Of a stretch of 64,000 bases of DNA, positions 49,061 through 59,180 are shown in pieces. The notes below the pieces were generated by a model that was not told the origin of the DNA, did no database searches, and worked only from the letters and a program-made list of their open reading frames with translations. Each line of letters starts with the position of its first letter. Position 1 is the first letter of the stretch. A program made the position numbers and the translations under genes. The DNA comes from an uncultured Chloroflexia bacterium. GTDB taxonomy: Bacteria; Chloroflexota; Limnocylindria; Limnocylindrales; CSP1-4. The stretch covers positions 448,001 through 512,000 of the forward strand of contig CAWFXA010000003.1 of assembly GCA_963819655.1 (NCBI GenBank). Reading direction: 5' to 3'.

Positions 49061-50035
49061 TTAGTGTTCGACCACCTTGGCGAGCTTGCCAGCCTGGTCG
49101 ATCCAGGCCGCGACCTCGGCCTCGCTCGGGACACGACGGACGATGCCCGGTCGTGCGGCGACGACCTCCTGGACCGTGGTCGCGAGGTTGGCTGGGTTCC
49201 GCTGGGCGAGCTCCGCGGGTGAGCCGACGCCAGCCGCCTGGAGCAGGTCGCTGTATTGCGGCCCGACGCCCGGGACCCGCATGAGATCGACGATGTCGAC
49301 CCACTCGAGGACGAGCTTGCTGCTGATGCCCGTGGCCTCCGCGAGCCTCTCGCGGTCATTGGGCTTCGCACCGGCCGCGAGCAGGTCGTCGGTCGTCGAG
49401 ATGCCGACCGCCGCGAGCCGCTCAGCTTGTGCGGGGCCGATCCCTTCGACATCCTCGATCCGCAGGTGATGCTCGCCGACCGACGCCGAGACGGGCTCCG
49501 GGGAGGCCGATTCTGGCGCCGTCGTCGTGGCCGCCGCGGCTGCGATCGGCGCTACTGACGCGATCGGCGCTGCTGACGCGATCGGCGCTGCTGCGGGCGG
49601 CGCTGCCGCTACAAACGCCCTGGGCTCCGCGGCCGGCGACGGCCGCTCACCGACCCCGAACGCCTCCTTGACCTCGCTCGTGCTCAGGTACCACAGGATG
49701 AACGCCGGCATGAGCGCGATCCCGAACGCGACGCCGGTGCCCGGGAACTGGAAGAAGGCCAGGACCGCCTCGAACAGCCCCAAGCCAGCTACGATCTGGG
49801 CGAAGAGACGCGCCCACGGCTGGAGCGCCCACAGTCCAACGGCAGCGAGGAGCCAGACGATCCCCGTGGCGACGGCGAGCCAACCCCAAAGCCCGACCTG
49901 CTCGAAGACAGGCAGATCGCCGAGTGCGCCAAACCAGTCGAAGCCGAGGACCCGCAGTCCGAAGAACAGGAATCCGAATCCCGCGAGTGCGGCGAAGAAG
50001 CCGATGACTGCGATGAGGACGGGTGGGTTCTTCAC
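49061..50035 (-). CDS. Membrane protein fused to DUF4332 (helix-hairpin-helix) domain
   Basis: 4 TMs, Ala/Pro linker with a 3 x 18-bp repeat (49542-49595), IEDVEGIGP...DLMRVPGVG...ELAQRNPANL. Confidence 0.85.
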   Translation of the reverse strand: MKNPPVLIAVIGFFAALAGFGFLFFGLRVLGFDWFGALGDLPVFEQVGLWGWLAVATGIVWLLAAVGLWALQPWARLFAQIVAGLGLFEAVLAFFQFPGTGVAFGIALMPAFILWYLSTSEVKEAFGVGERPSPAAEPRAFVAAAPPAAAPIASAAPIASVAPIAAAAATTTAPESASPEPVSASVGEHHLRIEDVEGIGPAQAERLAAVGISTTDDLLAAGAKPNDRERLAEATGISSKLVLEWVDIVDLMRVPGVGPQYSDLLQAAGVGSPAELAQRNPANLATTVQEVVAARPGIVRRVPSEAEVAAWIDQAGKLAKVVEH

Positions 50036-50059
50036 GGAGCGCCCCTCAATCCGATCGGG

Positions 50060-50500
50060 TCACGACGACGGTGGCTCCCGGAGCGGGGCCTGCCCCACAT
50101 GACTCGCCAACTCTAGCGCGCTGCCAGCCACTCCGCAGGACCGTCCGGCCTGCTCGCCAGCACGCCAGATCTGGCCCCGGACGTCGTCCATGACGTTCTC
50201 GAACCAGGCGAAGAACCTCTGGCAGCGCCTATATCGCAAATGGACGGTGGTGGACTTGTAGCCCTTCTCGGATAGGGCGATCTGCCACCGCTCGGTGTGG
50301 CGGCGTTCGATCGCCTTGGTGTCGGTGGGGAGGTTGTTGTCGACGAGGAATTGGGCGAGCGATGCGACGGCGCCAGCATAGGCGTATACGGTGTTGCCGC
50401 TGACGTTCTGGGCCTTCAGGTGATCGATGAACGCCCAGTAGTCGTCGGCCAGGTCGCCGGGTGTGACGACGCTGGGGAGTGTTGGTATAGTCGCCGCCAT
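50060..50500 (-). pseudogene. Truncated tyrosine integrase (N-terminal SAM-like core-binding domain only)
   Basis: FIDHLKAQNVSGNTVYAY...GYKSTTVHLRY....RFFAW; no catalytic R-H-R-Y domain; next to the att site. Confidence 0.8.
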
Positions 50501-50575
50501 CGGAAAGAGCCTCGGCTCAACAGCGCCGTGCTAGTCAACAGCAAAGCGTTCTAGGCTCTTCCCGAACACAAAACC

Positions 50576-50652
50576 GGGCGGCTAGCTCAGCTGGTTAGAG
50601 CACTTGCTTGACATGCAAGAGGTCACTGGTTCGAGTCCAGTGTCGCCCACCA
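50576..50652 (+). tRNA. tRNA-Val(GAC)
   Basis: Acceptor GGGCGGC/GTCGCCC, anticodon arm CTTGC-TTGACAT-GCAAG, TTCGAGT, CCA. Confidence 0.97.
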
Positions 50653-50659
50653 CATCCTC

Positions 50660-50895
50660 AAAGAGAGCATCGAGCGGGACGCGCCATCCGAGCCATCGAT
50701 CCCCAGAGAGCCGGGCCCCAGGCTGGAAGCCCGACGATCGAGCCGGAGTGGCACCACCCGCGAGCGATCGGTGAACCGATCCGGGAGTCGCCCGATAGCG
50801 CGGCCACGAGAGCGCTACGTCCCAGCGACGTAGCGAACGCGGGTGGAACCGCGGGAGGTCGAAACCTCTCGTCCTGCACGGACGAGAGGTTTTCT
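50660..50895 (+). ncRNA. T-box riboswitch (Thr) upstream of thrS
   Basis: AGAGAG and GCTGGAA stem I motifs, candidate ACC specifier ~50753, T-box AACGCGGGTGGAACCGCG (50836-50853), terminator aaacctctcgtcc/ggacgagaggtttt; 5' boundary approximate. Confidence 0.88.
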
Positions 50896-50913
50896 GATTC
50901 CTGAGGAGTCGAC

Positions 50914-52755
50914 ATGACCGACGACGACAACATCGAAGTCGAAGAAGAGCCGATCGAGCTCGAGTCGCCCGAGCGCGGCAGCGCCACGGAGCTGATGGAC
51001 CACGGGGCGAGCGGGGAGCTCGGCCCGATGCGCCACAGCGCCGCGCACGTCCTCGCCGAGGCGGTCCTCGACCTGTTTCCTGGCACCCAGCTCGGGATCG
51101 GACCCGTCATCGAGGACGGCTTCTACTACGACTTCCTCCTGCCTCGACCGCTGACGCCGGACGACCTCCCGAACATCGAGGAGCGGATGCGCGAGTCGAT
51201 CGCAGCGGATCACCCGTTCGAGCTCAGCGAGGAGACACCGGAGGCGGCGCGGGCGGCCCTCGTCGAACGCGGCCAGCCGTTCAAGGTGGAGATCATCGAT
51301 GACCTGCTGGCCGCCTCGAAGCGCGACGGCACGCCGATGCCACCGACCACCTTCTATCGGCAAGGCCCGTTCATCGACCTGTGCCGCGGACCGCACGTCG
51401 AAAGCACCGGCAAGATCGGCCCGTTCAAACTGCTCGGGACCGCCGGTGCCTACTGGCGCGGCGACGAGAAGCGCCCGATGCTCCAACGCGTCTACGGCAC
51501 GGCCTGGGCGACCCAGGAGGACATCGACGCGTATCTCTGGCGCCGAGCCGAGGCGAAGAAGCGCGACCATCGCCGGCTCGGCGTCCAGCTCGACCTGTTC
51601 TCGTTCCACGACGTCTCGCCCGGGTCCGCGTTCTGGCACCCGAAGGGCCAGCGGATCTGGCGGACCCTCGAGGAGTCGATGCGCGAGCTGCAGGCGAGGC
51701 GCGGCTACCAGGAGGTCTCGACCCCGATCGTCGTGAGCGAGCGGCTGTGGCGTCAGTCGGGCCACTGGGAGCTGTACCGCGACAATATGTTCCTGATCGA
51801 ATCCGAGAACCAGACGTTCAGCCTCAAGCCGATGAACTGCCCGGAATCGACGTTCATCTACCGCTCGAAGCTGCGGTCGTATCGCGACCTGCCGTTGCGG
51901 TTCAGCGAGTTCGGGCGGCTTCATCGAAACGAGCGCTCCGGAACGCTGTCGGGGCTGACCCGGGTGCGCCAGTTCATCCAGGACGACGCTCACCTGTACG
52001 TCCGTCCGGACCAGTTGATGGACGAGATCCAGGCGCTCCTCGGCGAGGTCCGCGAGTCGTACGGCTGGTTCGGCCTGACGCCGCGGTTCGCGTTCGCGAC
52101 GAAACCCGACAAGGCCCTCGGCGATCCGGCGCTGTGGGAACGCGCCGAGCGGCTGATTACGGAGGCGTTCGCGGCAAGCGACATCACCTACGACCTGAAG
52201 CCCAAGGACGGCACGTTCTACGCGCCCAAGATCGACATCTACATCGACGACGCACTCGGTCGCGAGTGGCAGATGGCGACCATCCAAGTCGACCTGACGA
52301 TGCTACCCGAGCGGTTCGACCTGACGTACATCGACGAGGAGGGCAAGCCGCAGCGGCCGATCGCCATCCATCGTGCGATCTACGGCTCTCTCGAGCGGTT
52401 CATCGGGATCCTGATCGAGCACTTCGCGGGCGCCTTCCCGCTGTGGCTCGCGCCTGTGCAGGCTGTCGTCATCCCGATCGCGGATCGGCACGTCGAGGCC
52501 GCCGAGGAGCTGGCCGGTGTGCTGCGTGAGCGTGGGCTGCGGGTCGAGGTCGATGACTCGTCAAACCGGATGCAGTACAAGATCCGGACCGCGCAGGAAC
52601 AGAAGGTGCCGTACATGGTCGTGCTCGGCGACCGCGAGATCGAGGCGCGGACCGCCTCGCCGAGAACCAGGGCAGGGGAGCAGCAGGAACCTCAGGCGTG
52701 GGAGGCCTTCGCCGACCGGCTGGCAGAGGAGTCGCGCGCCCGGGCGATCGAGTAG
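50914..52755 (+). CDS. thrS: Threonine--tRNA ligase (lacks the TGS domain)
   Basis: RHSAAHVLA, DLCRGPH, KRDHR, KPMNCP, FYAPKID, HRAIYGSLERF. Confidence 0.97.
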   Translation: MTDDDNIEVEEEPIELESPERGSATELMDHGASGELGPMRHSAAHVLAEAVLDLFPGTQLGIGPVIEDGFYYDFLLPRPLTPDDLPNIEERMRESIAADHPFELSEETPEAARAALVERGQPFKVEIIDDLLAASKRDGTPMPPTTFYRQGPFIDLCRGPHVESTGKIGPFKLLGTAGAYWRGDEKRPMLQRVYGTAWATQEDIDAYLWRRAEAKKRDHRRLGVQLDLFSFHDVSPGSAFWHPKGQRIWRTLEESMRELQARRGYQEVSTPIVVSERLWRQSGHWELYRDNMFLIESENQTFSLKPMNCPESTFIYRSKLRSYRDLPLRFSEFGRLHRNERSGTLSGLTRVRQFIQDDAHLYVRPDQLMDEIQALLGEVRESYGWFGLTPRFAFATKPDKALGDPALWERAERLITEAFAASDITYDLKPKDGTFYAPKIDIYIDDALGREWQMATIQVDLTMLPERFDLTYIDEEGKPQRPIAIHRAIYGSLERFIGILIEHFAGAFPLWLAPVQAVVIPIADRHVEAAEELAGVLRERGLRVEVDDSSNRMQYKIRTAQEQKVPYMVVLGDREIEARTASPRTRAGEQQEPQAWEAFADRLAEESRARAIE

Positions 52756-52766
52756 GCCGGCTGGTC

Positions 52767-53384
52767 ATGCCCGATCGTCGCCTACTCGCGGTCGATGTCG
52801 CGATCAAGGTCGTGACGGTCGTCCTGTTGGCCTGGGCGGTCGGGAACCCGGATCTCCCCCAATTCAGCGGCAAGGCGTTCACCGGCCGCGCTCTGGCGTA
52901 CCCCATCGCGCTGCTCGTCCTGCCGGTCGGGTGGTCGTTGCTCGCGCGTGGGCGGCTCCCGTATCCCGTCGCCGCTGACATCCTCCTCGGGCTGCCATTC
53001 CTGATCGATGTCGCCGGGAACGCGCTGAACCTCTACGACACCGTCGAGTGGTGGGACGACGCGAACCACCTGGTCAACTGGGCGTTGCACACTGCGGCGA
53101 TCGGGTTGCTGCTGCGGGCCGGGCCATGGGGGCCGTGGACGCGCGCCGCCTTGGCGTTCGGCTGGGCGGCGAGCACGGCGGTGGTCTGGGAACTCGCCGA
53201 GTATGTTGCGTTCGTGCCGAACTCGCCGGAGGCCGCGACGGCGTACGCCGACACTCTCGGTGACCTGGCACTCGGGCTGCTAGGCGGCGGCATAGCAGCC
53301 ATCGTGGTGAGTCGCCTCCCGGGGCGCGGAGCGAAGCCGGGCTATGAGCCCGTTCCCGAGCGATCCACCGGCGAGTCCAGGTAG
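52767..53384 (+). CDS. Membrane protein (DUF2238-like)
   Basis: LYDTVEWWDDANH, VWELAEY, YADTLGDL. Confidence 0.7.
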   Translation: MPDRRLLAVDVAIKVVTVVLLAWAVGNPDLPQFSGKAFTGRALAYPIALLVLPVGWSLLARGRLPYPVAADILLGLPFLIDVAGNALNLYDTVEWWDDANHLVNWALHTAAIGLLLRAGPWGPWTRAALAFGWAASTAVVWELAEYVAFVPNSPEAATAYADTLGDLALGLLGGGIAAIVVSRLPGRGAKPGYEPVPERSTGESR

Positions 53385-53516
53385 CCCGCGGCGCCGGCCC
53401 GCACCGCCCCGTTCGTTGTCGACCCCGGAAGGCCTGTGCTATCCTGCCCGCTCGTCCGGTGGGGGCCGTCTGCCCGTGCCGGTCGAGTCCATGTCCAGCA
53501 CCGCGAGGGGTGAACC

Positions 53517-54200
53517 ATCAGCCGAGACCTGCGTGTCAACCAGATGATCCGGATCCCACAGGTCCGGGTGGTCGATGAAGAGGGTGCCCAGCTGGGTGTC
53601 ATGCCCACGCCGCAGGCCCTCGAGATGGCGCAGGAACGGGGATACGACCTCGTTGAGGTCGCTCCGATGGCCCAGCCCCCGGTGGTCCGGTTCCTCGACT
53701 TCGGGCAGTACAAGTACGAGCTCACGAAGCGGGAGAAGGAAGCCAAGCGCAAGCAGCGCTCGGTGACCTTCAAGGAAGTCCGTCTGACGCCGAAGATCGG
53801 CGTGGGCGACTTCGATACCAAGGTCCACCGAGCGATCGAGTTCCTCGAGGATGGCGACCGGATCAAGGTCACGGTGCGCTTCCGGGGTCGGGAATTGACC
53901 CACCCGGAGATCGGCCGAAACCTCATCGCCAGGTTCGTGGAGCGAGTCAAGGATCACGGAGTCGCGGAACGAACGCCGCTGCTCGAGGGCAAGTCGATGC
54001 ACATCACGATGGCATCGATCCACAAGCCCAAAGGCCACGACGCACCGGACCGCAAGCACGCGCCGGATGTCATCCCGGCAGACGCGACGGCTGAGCCGCC
54101 GCCCGCGCCCGAATCTGAAACAGTCGTGGCTCAGCCGAAAGCCGTCGCCCCGCCCAAGGCGCCGGCACAGACGCCCGAGCCGGTCCAAGCAGGAGAGTGA
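53517..54200 (+). CDS. infC: Translation initiation factor IF-3, AUC start
   Basis: GAGGGGTGA SD, then ATC-SRDLRVNQMIR; DLVEVAP...PPV; VRFRGRE. Confidence 0.95.
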   Translation: MSRDLRVNQMIRIPQVRVVDEEGAQLGVMPTPQALEMAQERGYDLVEVAPMAQPPVVRFLDFGQYKYELTKREKEAKRKQRSVTFKEVRLTPKIGVGDFDTKVHRAIEFLEDGDRIKVTVRFRGRELTHPEIGRNLIARFVERVKDHGVAERTPLLEGKSMHITMASIHKPKGHDAPDRKHAPDVIPADATAEPPPAPESETVVAQPKAVAPPKAPAQTPEPVQAGE

Positions 54201-54207
54201 GGCCACG

Positions 54208-54405
54208 GTGCCGAAGATCAAGAGCCACAAGACGGCCCAGAAGCGCATCGGCAGGACCGGTAGCGGCAAGTACATCCGGGTCAAGGCGTGGCGTGGCCAT
54301 CATCTCGAGATCAAGTCGTCGCGACGGACCCGGCGCTACGCCGGCAAGACCGTGATCAAGGCCGTCCACACCAAGCAGGTCCGGCGCCTGCTGCCGTACC
54401 TCTAG
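54208..54405 (+). CDS. rpmI: 50S ribosomal protein L35
   Basis: MPKIKSHK.AQKR...TGSGK...LLPY. Confidence 0.95.
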   Translation: MPKIKSHKTAQKRIGRTGSGKYIRVKAWRGHHLEIKSSRRTRRYAGKTVIKAVHTKQVRRLLPYL

Positions 54406-54420
54406 GAGCCACACCCCGTC

Positions 54421-54771
54421 ATGGCACGAGTCAAGCGCGGCGTCACCGCTCACAAGCGCCACAAGCGCCTGCTCAAGGCGGCCGAGGGCCGCAAGGGCAC
54501 CCGCTCGAAGCTGGTCAAGCCGGCTCGCGAAGCCCTGCTCCACGCGCTCGCCTACGCGACCCGTGACCGCAAGCAGCGGAAGCGCCAGATGCGCGAGCTG
54601 TGGATCGTCCGGATCAACGCGGCCGCCCGCCAGAACGGGCTGACCTACGGGCAGTTCATCAACGGCCTCAAGCGCGCCGATATCGAGATCGACCGCAAGA
54701 TCCTGGCCGACCTGGCCGTGCGCGACAGCGCGACGTTCGGTCGCATCGCCGAAGCAGCCAAGACCGCATAG
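54421..54771 (+). CDS. rplT: 50S ribosomal protein L20
   Basis: [33 protein letters not shown]. Confidence 0.98.
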   Translation: MARVKRGVTAHKRHKRLLKAAEGRKGTRSKLVKPAREALLHALAYATRDRKQRKRQMRELWIVRINAAARQNGLTYGQFINGLKRADIEIDRKILADLAVRDSATFGRIAEAAKTA

Positions 54772-54854
54772 CCTCGACTGGCTCGCGGGAGTCTCGCGAT
54801 CAGTCCTCCGAAGGCCGAGCGCGCACGTCGAAGCGCATCGGCCTGAGGAACGCC

Positions 54855-55895
54855 GTGGATCTCGCCGACCTGACCCGCGATCTGGAGGCCCTCCAGTCGG
54901 AGGCGCTGGCGTCCGTCGCCGCCGCGCCGGATGCCGCGACGCTCGATGCGCTCGAGCTCGAGATCCTCGGCAAGAAGGGCCGGCTCACGACCGTCCTGCG
55001 TGGGATCGGCGGTCTCGCGGCCGAGGACCGCCCCAAGGTCGGCGCGGTCGCCAACACGGTCCGCACGACCATCGAGGGCGCGCTGACCGAACGCGGCACC
55101 ACGCTCCGCGGATCGGAGCTGACCGCCCGACTTGCCGCTGAGGCGATCGACGTCACGACCCCCGGCCGCCCGATCCGGCGCGGCACGCTCCACCCCAGCA
55201 TCGAGGCCATGCGCGAGATCGCGCAGATCTTCGAGCAGTTCGGTTTCGTGACCTACGAAAGCCCGGAGATCGAGGACGACCTCACCAACTTCCAGATGCT
55301 CAACATCCCGCCCGACCACCCGGCCCGGGACCTGTGGGACACGTTGTACGTCGACGTCGAGGGGCGCTTGTTGCGGACCCACACGTCGCCCGGCCAGATC
55401 AGGGTGATGCAGACCGAGACGCCCCCGATCCGGGCGCTGCTCCCCGGTCGCTGCTTCCGGTACGAGGCCATCGACGCCAGCCACGGCTCGGAGTTCTTCC
55501 AGGTCGAAGGCCTGATGATCGATGAAGGCACGACGATGGCCGACCTCAAGGGTCTGCTCGACCAGTTCGCGAAGGCTATGTACGGCGCCGACAAGCGCAC
55601 CCGATTCCGACCGGGCTACTACCCGTTCACGGAGCCGTCCGTCGCGTTCGACGTCGAATGCCTTGTGTGCGGCGGCACGGGTTGCCCCGCCTGCGGCCGG
55701 ACCGGCTGGATGACGATCCTCGGCGCGGGCATGGTCCACCCTGTCGTGCTCCAGTACGGCGGCCTCGACCCCGAGCGCTACCAGGGCTTCGCCTTCGGCA
55801 TGGGCCCCGAGCGGATCAAGATGCTCAAGCACGGCATCACCGACCTCCGGCTCTTCCTCGAGAACGACCTTCGCTTCCTCGAGCAGTTCCGGTGA
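54855..55895 (+). CDS. pheS: Phenylalanine--tRNA ligase alpha subunit
   Basis: HPARD, LRTHTSPGQ, FFQVEG, YYPFTEP, GFAFGMG. Confidence 0.97.
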   Translation: MDLADLTRDLEALQSEALASVAAAPDAATLDALELEILGKKGRLTTVLRGIGGLAAEDRPKVGAVANTVRTTIEGALTERGTTLRGSELTARLAAEAIDVTTPGRPIRRGTLHPSIEAMREIAQIFEQFGFVTYESPEIEDDLTNFQMLNIPPDHPARDLWDTLYVDVEGRLLRTHTSPGQIRVMQTETPPIRALLPGRCFRYEAIDASHGSEFFQVEGLMIDEGTTMADLKGLLDQFAKAMYGADKRTRFRPGYYPFTEPSVAFDVECLVCGGTGCPACGRTGWMTILGAGMVHPVVLQYGGLDPERYQGFAFGMGPERIKMLKHGITDLRLFLENDLRFLEQFR

Positions 55896-55980
55896 GGGGA
55901 ACCTCCGACCGATGGCTCGCAGTCGCGTCGCCTCGGCCGTCGGTGCGTGATCGCCGGTACCCCATCGAGAGTGGCCAGTA

Positions 55981-58470
55981 ATGCGGGTACCTCTGTCATG
56001 GCTGCGCGACTACGTCGATATCCAGCTCACGCCGGAGCAGCTCGCCGAACGGCTGACGCTGCTCGGGATGGAAGTCAAGGGCATGGAGGCGTGGGGCGCC
56101 GACTGGCAGAACGTCGTCGTCGGCGAGCTGCTCAGCGTCGAGCGCCATCCGCGCGCCGACCGGCTGTCGCTCACGCGCGTCACGATCGGCGATGGAGAGC
56201 CGCTCGAGATCGTCTGCGGCGCCACGAACATCGCGGCCGGCCAGCGCGTCCCGGTCGCGCTGCCGGGCGCGGTGCTGCCCGGCGACCGGCGCATCGAGCG
56301 GACCGAGAAGATGGGCGTCGTCAGCAACGGGATGCTGTGCTCCGGCGACGAGCTGAACCTCACGTCCGACGCGGACGGCATCCTCATCCTGCCGCCCGAC
56401 GCACCGCTCGGTGTCGCGCTGGCGGACCTGTACGGCGACGTCGTGCTCGATGTCGACGTCAAGCCGAACCGCGGCGACGCGCTGAGCATGATCGGCCTGG
56501 CACGCGAGGTGTCGGCCGTGACCGGGGCGCCGGTCCGGTTCCCTGACACCGACCCGGTCGAGACCGGGCCACCCATCGAGGAGCGCCTGACGGTCGAGGT
56601 CGAGGAGCCGGCCCTGTGCACCCGTTTCGTCGGCCGCTGGGTGGGCGGCGTCACGGTGAGGCCGTCGCCGGATCTGGTCCAGATGCGGCTGCTCGCCGCC
56701 GGCCAGCGCCCGGTCAGCAACGTCGTCGACGTGAGCAACTACGTCATGTTCGAGCTCGGCAAGCCGATCCACACGTTCGACGCGACGGCCGTCCACGACG
56801 GACGGATCAGCGTGCGCCTGGCCCGCGAGGGCGAGCGCATCGAGACCCTCGACCACCAGGTCCGCGAGCTCAGCCCGGACACGCTGCTGATCGCCGACTC
56901 GGCCGGCCCGCTCGGCATCGCCGGGGTCATGGGCGCGGCGACCTCGGAGATCTCCGATGACACGACGGACGTCGTCGTCGAGTCGGCCATCTTCGACCCC
57001 ATCAGCATCAGGCGCACCGCCTTCCGTTACGCGCTCCGTTCGGAGGCGAGCCTGCGGTTCGAGAAGGGCCAGGAGCACCGGCTGGCGCGGCTCGGCGCGG
57101 ATCGCACGGCCCGTCTCATCAACGAATGGGCCGGTGGCCAGGTCGCGGTGGGCGCGGTCGACACGAACCCGACCGAACCGCTGCCGACACGCGTGGTGTT
57201 CCGACCCGCACGGGTGAACCGCCTGCTCGGCACGGAGATGACGGCACAGGAGCAGGCGGCCGTGCTGGCACGAGCGGGTGTAGCCACGGAACCCGCCCCG
57301 AGCGGTAGCCGCGTCCTCGTCGCGACCGCCCCCCAGCCCCTCGAGGTGGCCGCTGGCGAGGCGGAGGCAGCGATCGCAACGATCCCCACATGGCGGCGCG
57401 ACCTGGTCGTCGAGGCGGACATCGCAGAGGAAGTCGCGCGCGTCCAGGGCTACGACACGATCCCCGAACTCCTGCCGCACACGCCGATGCCGACGTACCG
57501 GCATTCGCCGCTGCGGCTGCGCGACGCGGTACGCGACACGCTGGCCGGGGCCGGGCTGTCGGAGGTCGCGACGTTCGCCCTGGTCTCCCCGGCGATGGTC
57601 GAGCGGTTCGGCCCGATCGAGGACATCGTCGTGGCGGGGGAGGGTGAAGCCGGCGGCCGGCCCGTGACCGTCACGAACCCCCTGTCGAGCCAGCACTCGG
57701 TCATGCGCCAGAGCCTGATCGGCAGCCTACTCGAGGTCATCGAGACCAACGTCCGCCAGGGCCGCCAGGACGTGGCGATCTTCGAGATCGGCAAGGGTTA
57801 CGGCGCGACCGAGGACGGCGATTCGACGCACGAATGGTGGCGCCTGGGCATCGCCCTCACCGGTGCCGCTGAGATCCCTGCCTGGAATCGCCCGGCTCGA
57901 CCGTATGACCTCGACGACGCGAAGGGCGTGATCGACCTCATCGCGGTGCGACTCGGGCTGCAGCCCACGGACTACGCGCCACTGACCGACGACACGCGGC
58001 TGCATCCCGGGCGCGCCACCCGCGTCCAGGCAGGCGACGGGCTCGCCGGTCATGTCGGGGAGCTGCACCCGGCCGACGTCGAGGCCCTCGATCTGCGGAC
58101 GTCCTCGCGCATCCTCGTCGCCGAGCTTGCCATCGCCGGGCTGTCCGGCGGCCAGCCGAGCGTGCCCAGGGCGACGAGCCTGCCGCGCTATCCGGCGGTC
58201 GAGCGGGACCTCGCGGTGATCGTTGCGGAGGACACCGCAGCGGCCCTCGTCGAGGCCGCCATCCGTCGCCACGCCGGCCCGCTGCTGCGCTCGGTCGACC
58301 TGTTCGACATCTACCGCGGCCGTCCGCTGGCGGAAGGTGAAAAGTCCCTCGCATACCGTCTCGCGTTCCAGGCAGACGACCGAACGCTGGTCGAATCCGA
58401 GGTCGACCACGCGCTGTCCACCGTCAGCGCGGGCCTTGCCGCGGACGTCGGAGGTCGCCTCAGGGCCTGA
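55981..58470 (+). CDS. pheT: Phenylalanine--tRNA ligase beta subunit
   Basis: MRVPLSWL, IVCGATN, PNRGD, SEASLRFEKG, C-terminal FDX-ACB domain. Confidence 0.97.
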   Translation: MRVPLSWLRDYVDIQLTPEQLAERLTLLGMEVKGMEAWGADWQNVVVGELLSVERHPRADRLSLTRVTIGDGEPLEIVCGATNIAAGQRVPVALPGAVLPGDRRIERTEKMGVVSNGMLCSGDELNLTSDADGILILPPDAPLGVALADLYGDVVLDVDVKPNRGDALSMIGLAREVSAVTGAPVRFPDTDPVETGPPIEERLTVEVEEPALCTRFVGRWVGGVTVRPSPDLVQMRLLAAGQRPVSNVVDVSNYVMFELGKPIHTFDATAVHDGRISVRLAREGERIETLDHQVRELSPDTLLIADSAGPLGIAGVMGAATSEISDDTTDVVVESAIFDPISIRRTAFRYALRSEASLRFEKGQEHRLARLGADRTARLINEWAGGQVAVGAVDTNPTEPLPTRVVFRPARVNRLLGTEMTAQEQAAVLARAGVATEPAPSGSRVLVATAPQPLEVAAGEAEAAIATIPTWRRDLVVEADIAEEVARVQGYDTIPELLPHTPMPTYRHSPLRLRDAVRDTLAGAGLSEVATFALVSPAMVERFGPIEDIVVAGEGEAGGRPVTVTNPLSSQHSVMRQSLIGSLLEVIETNVRQGRQDVAIFEIGKGYGATEDGDSTHEWWRLGIALTGAAEIPAWNRPARPYDLDDAKGVIDLIAVRLGLQPTDYAPLTDDTRLHPGRATRVQAGDGLAGHVGELHPADVEALDLRTSSRILVAELAIAGLSGGQPSVPRATSLPRYPAVERDLAVIVAEDTAAALVEAAIRRHAGPLLRSVDLFDIYRGRPLAEGEKSLAYRLAFQADDRTLVESEVDHALSTVSAGLAADVGGRLRA

Positions 58471-58589
58471 CCCGAAAGTACCGGTCGGGGGGTGCATCGC
58501 GTTCCTTGCGACCCGCGAAGACCCGCTGCTACCCTTGCGCGGCTCCGGGTCGGATGACCCAGGCGGGCACCGTCACCCAGGGAGGTTCC

Positions 58590-59180
58590 GTGGACCTCGG
58601 AACGTTCTTCGGCAGTATCCAGACCGTCGATCTGGTGCTTGCGCTCCTCTTCATGGGGTTCTTCGTGCTGGGCTTCGCGCAGGGCACGATCCGCCGCCTG
58701 ATCGGCGTCGGCTCCATCCTCTTCTCGTTCCTGTTCGCCGCGAATATTGCTGAACCGTTCGGCGCGTTCCTGGCAACGAACTGGTATCACCTGCCCAAGG
58801 AATACTCATACATGGTCGGCTTCATGACGATCTTCGTGGCCGCGTCCCTCGCCTTCGCGATCGTCGTCCAGGGCTTCTATCGACCGCAGCCCCTGTTCGA
58901 GAAGGCCCGATTCGTGGACGAGATCCTCGGCGGACTGCTGGGGCTCCTGCAGTTTGCGATCATCCTCGGATCGGTCGTGATCATCCTCGATTCGTTCTTC
59001 CGCCTGTCGGGTATCGCCCAGGACCCGGACGAGATCGAGTTCCTGCGCAACCTGTGGGTGTTCCTGGATGGCTCGCAGATCGTCGAGGTCTTCCGGACGA
59101 CGCTCATCCCGGCGTTCTTCGTGCTCGTCGGCCTGTTCATCCCGAGCAACATCAAGCAGATGTACCCAGGCGGCTCCTGA
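58590..59180 (+). CDS. cvpA: CvpA family membrane protein
   Basis: D.V...GFAQGTIR, DEILGGLLG; GGAGG SD. Confidence 0.8.
   Translation: MDLGTFFGSIQTVDLVLALLFMGFFVLGFAQGTIRRLIGVGSILFSFLFAANIAEPFGAFLATNWYHLPKEYSYMVGFMTIFVAASLAFAIVVQGFYRPQPLFEKARFVDEILGGLLGLLQFAIILGSVVIILDSFFRLSGIAQDPDEIEFLRNLWVFLDGSQIVEVFRTTLIPAFFVLVGLFIPSNIKQMYPGGS

Larger units (their letters stand above)
46406..50615. mobile_element. Decayed integrative element/prophage remnant at tRNA-Val(GAC)
   Basis: 40-bp tRNA direct repeat, truncated integrase, capsid-like fragment, cargo genes. Confidence 0.85.

Noticed and set aside
54772-54854. T-box or attenuator before pheS
   Set aside because: Only ~80 bp, with no T-box motif or Phe-rich leader peptide.
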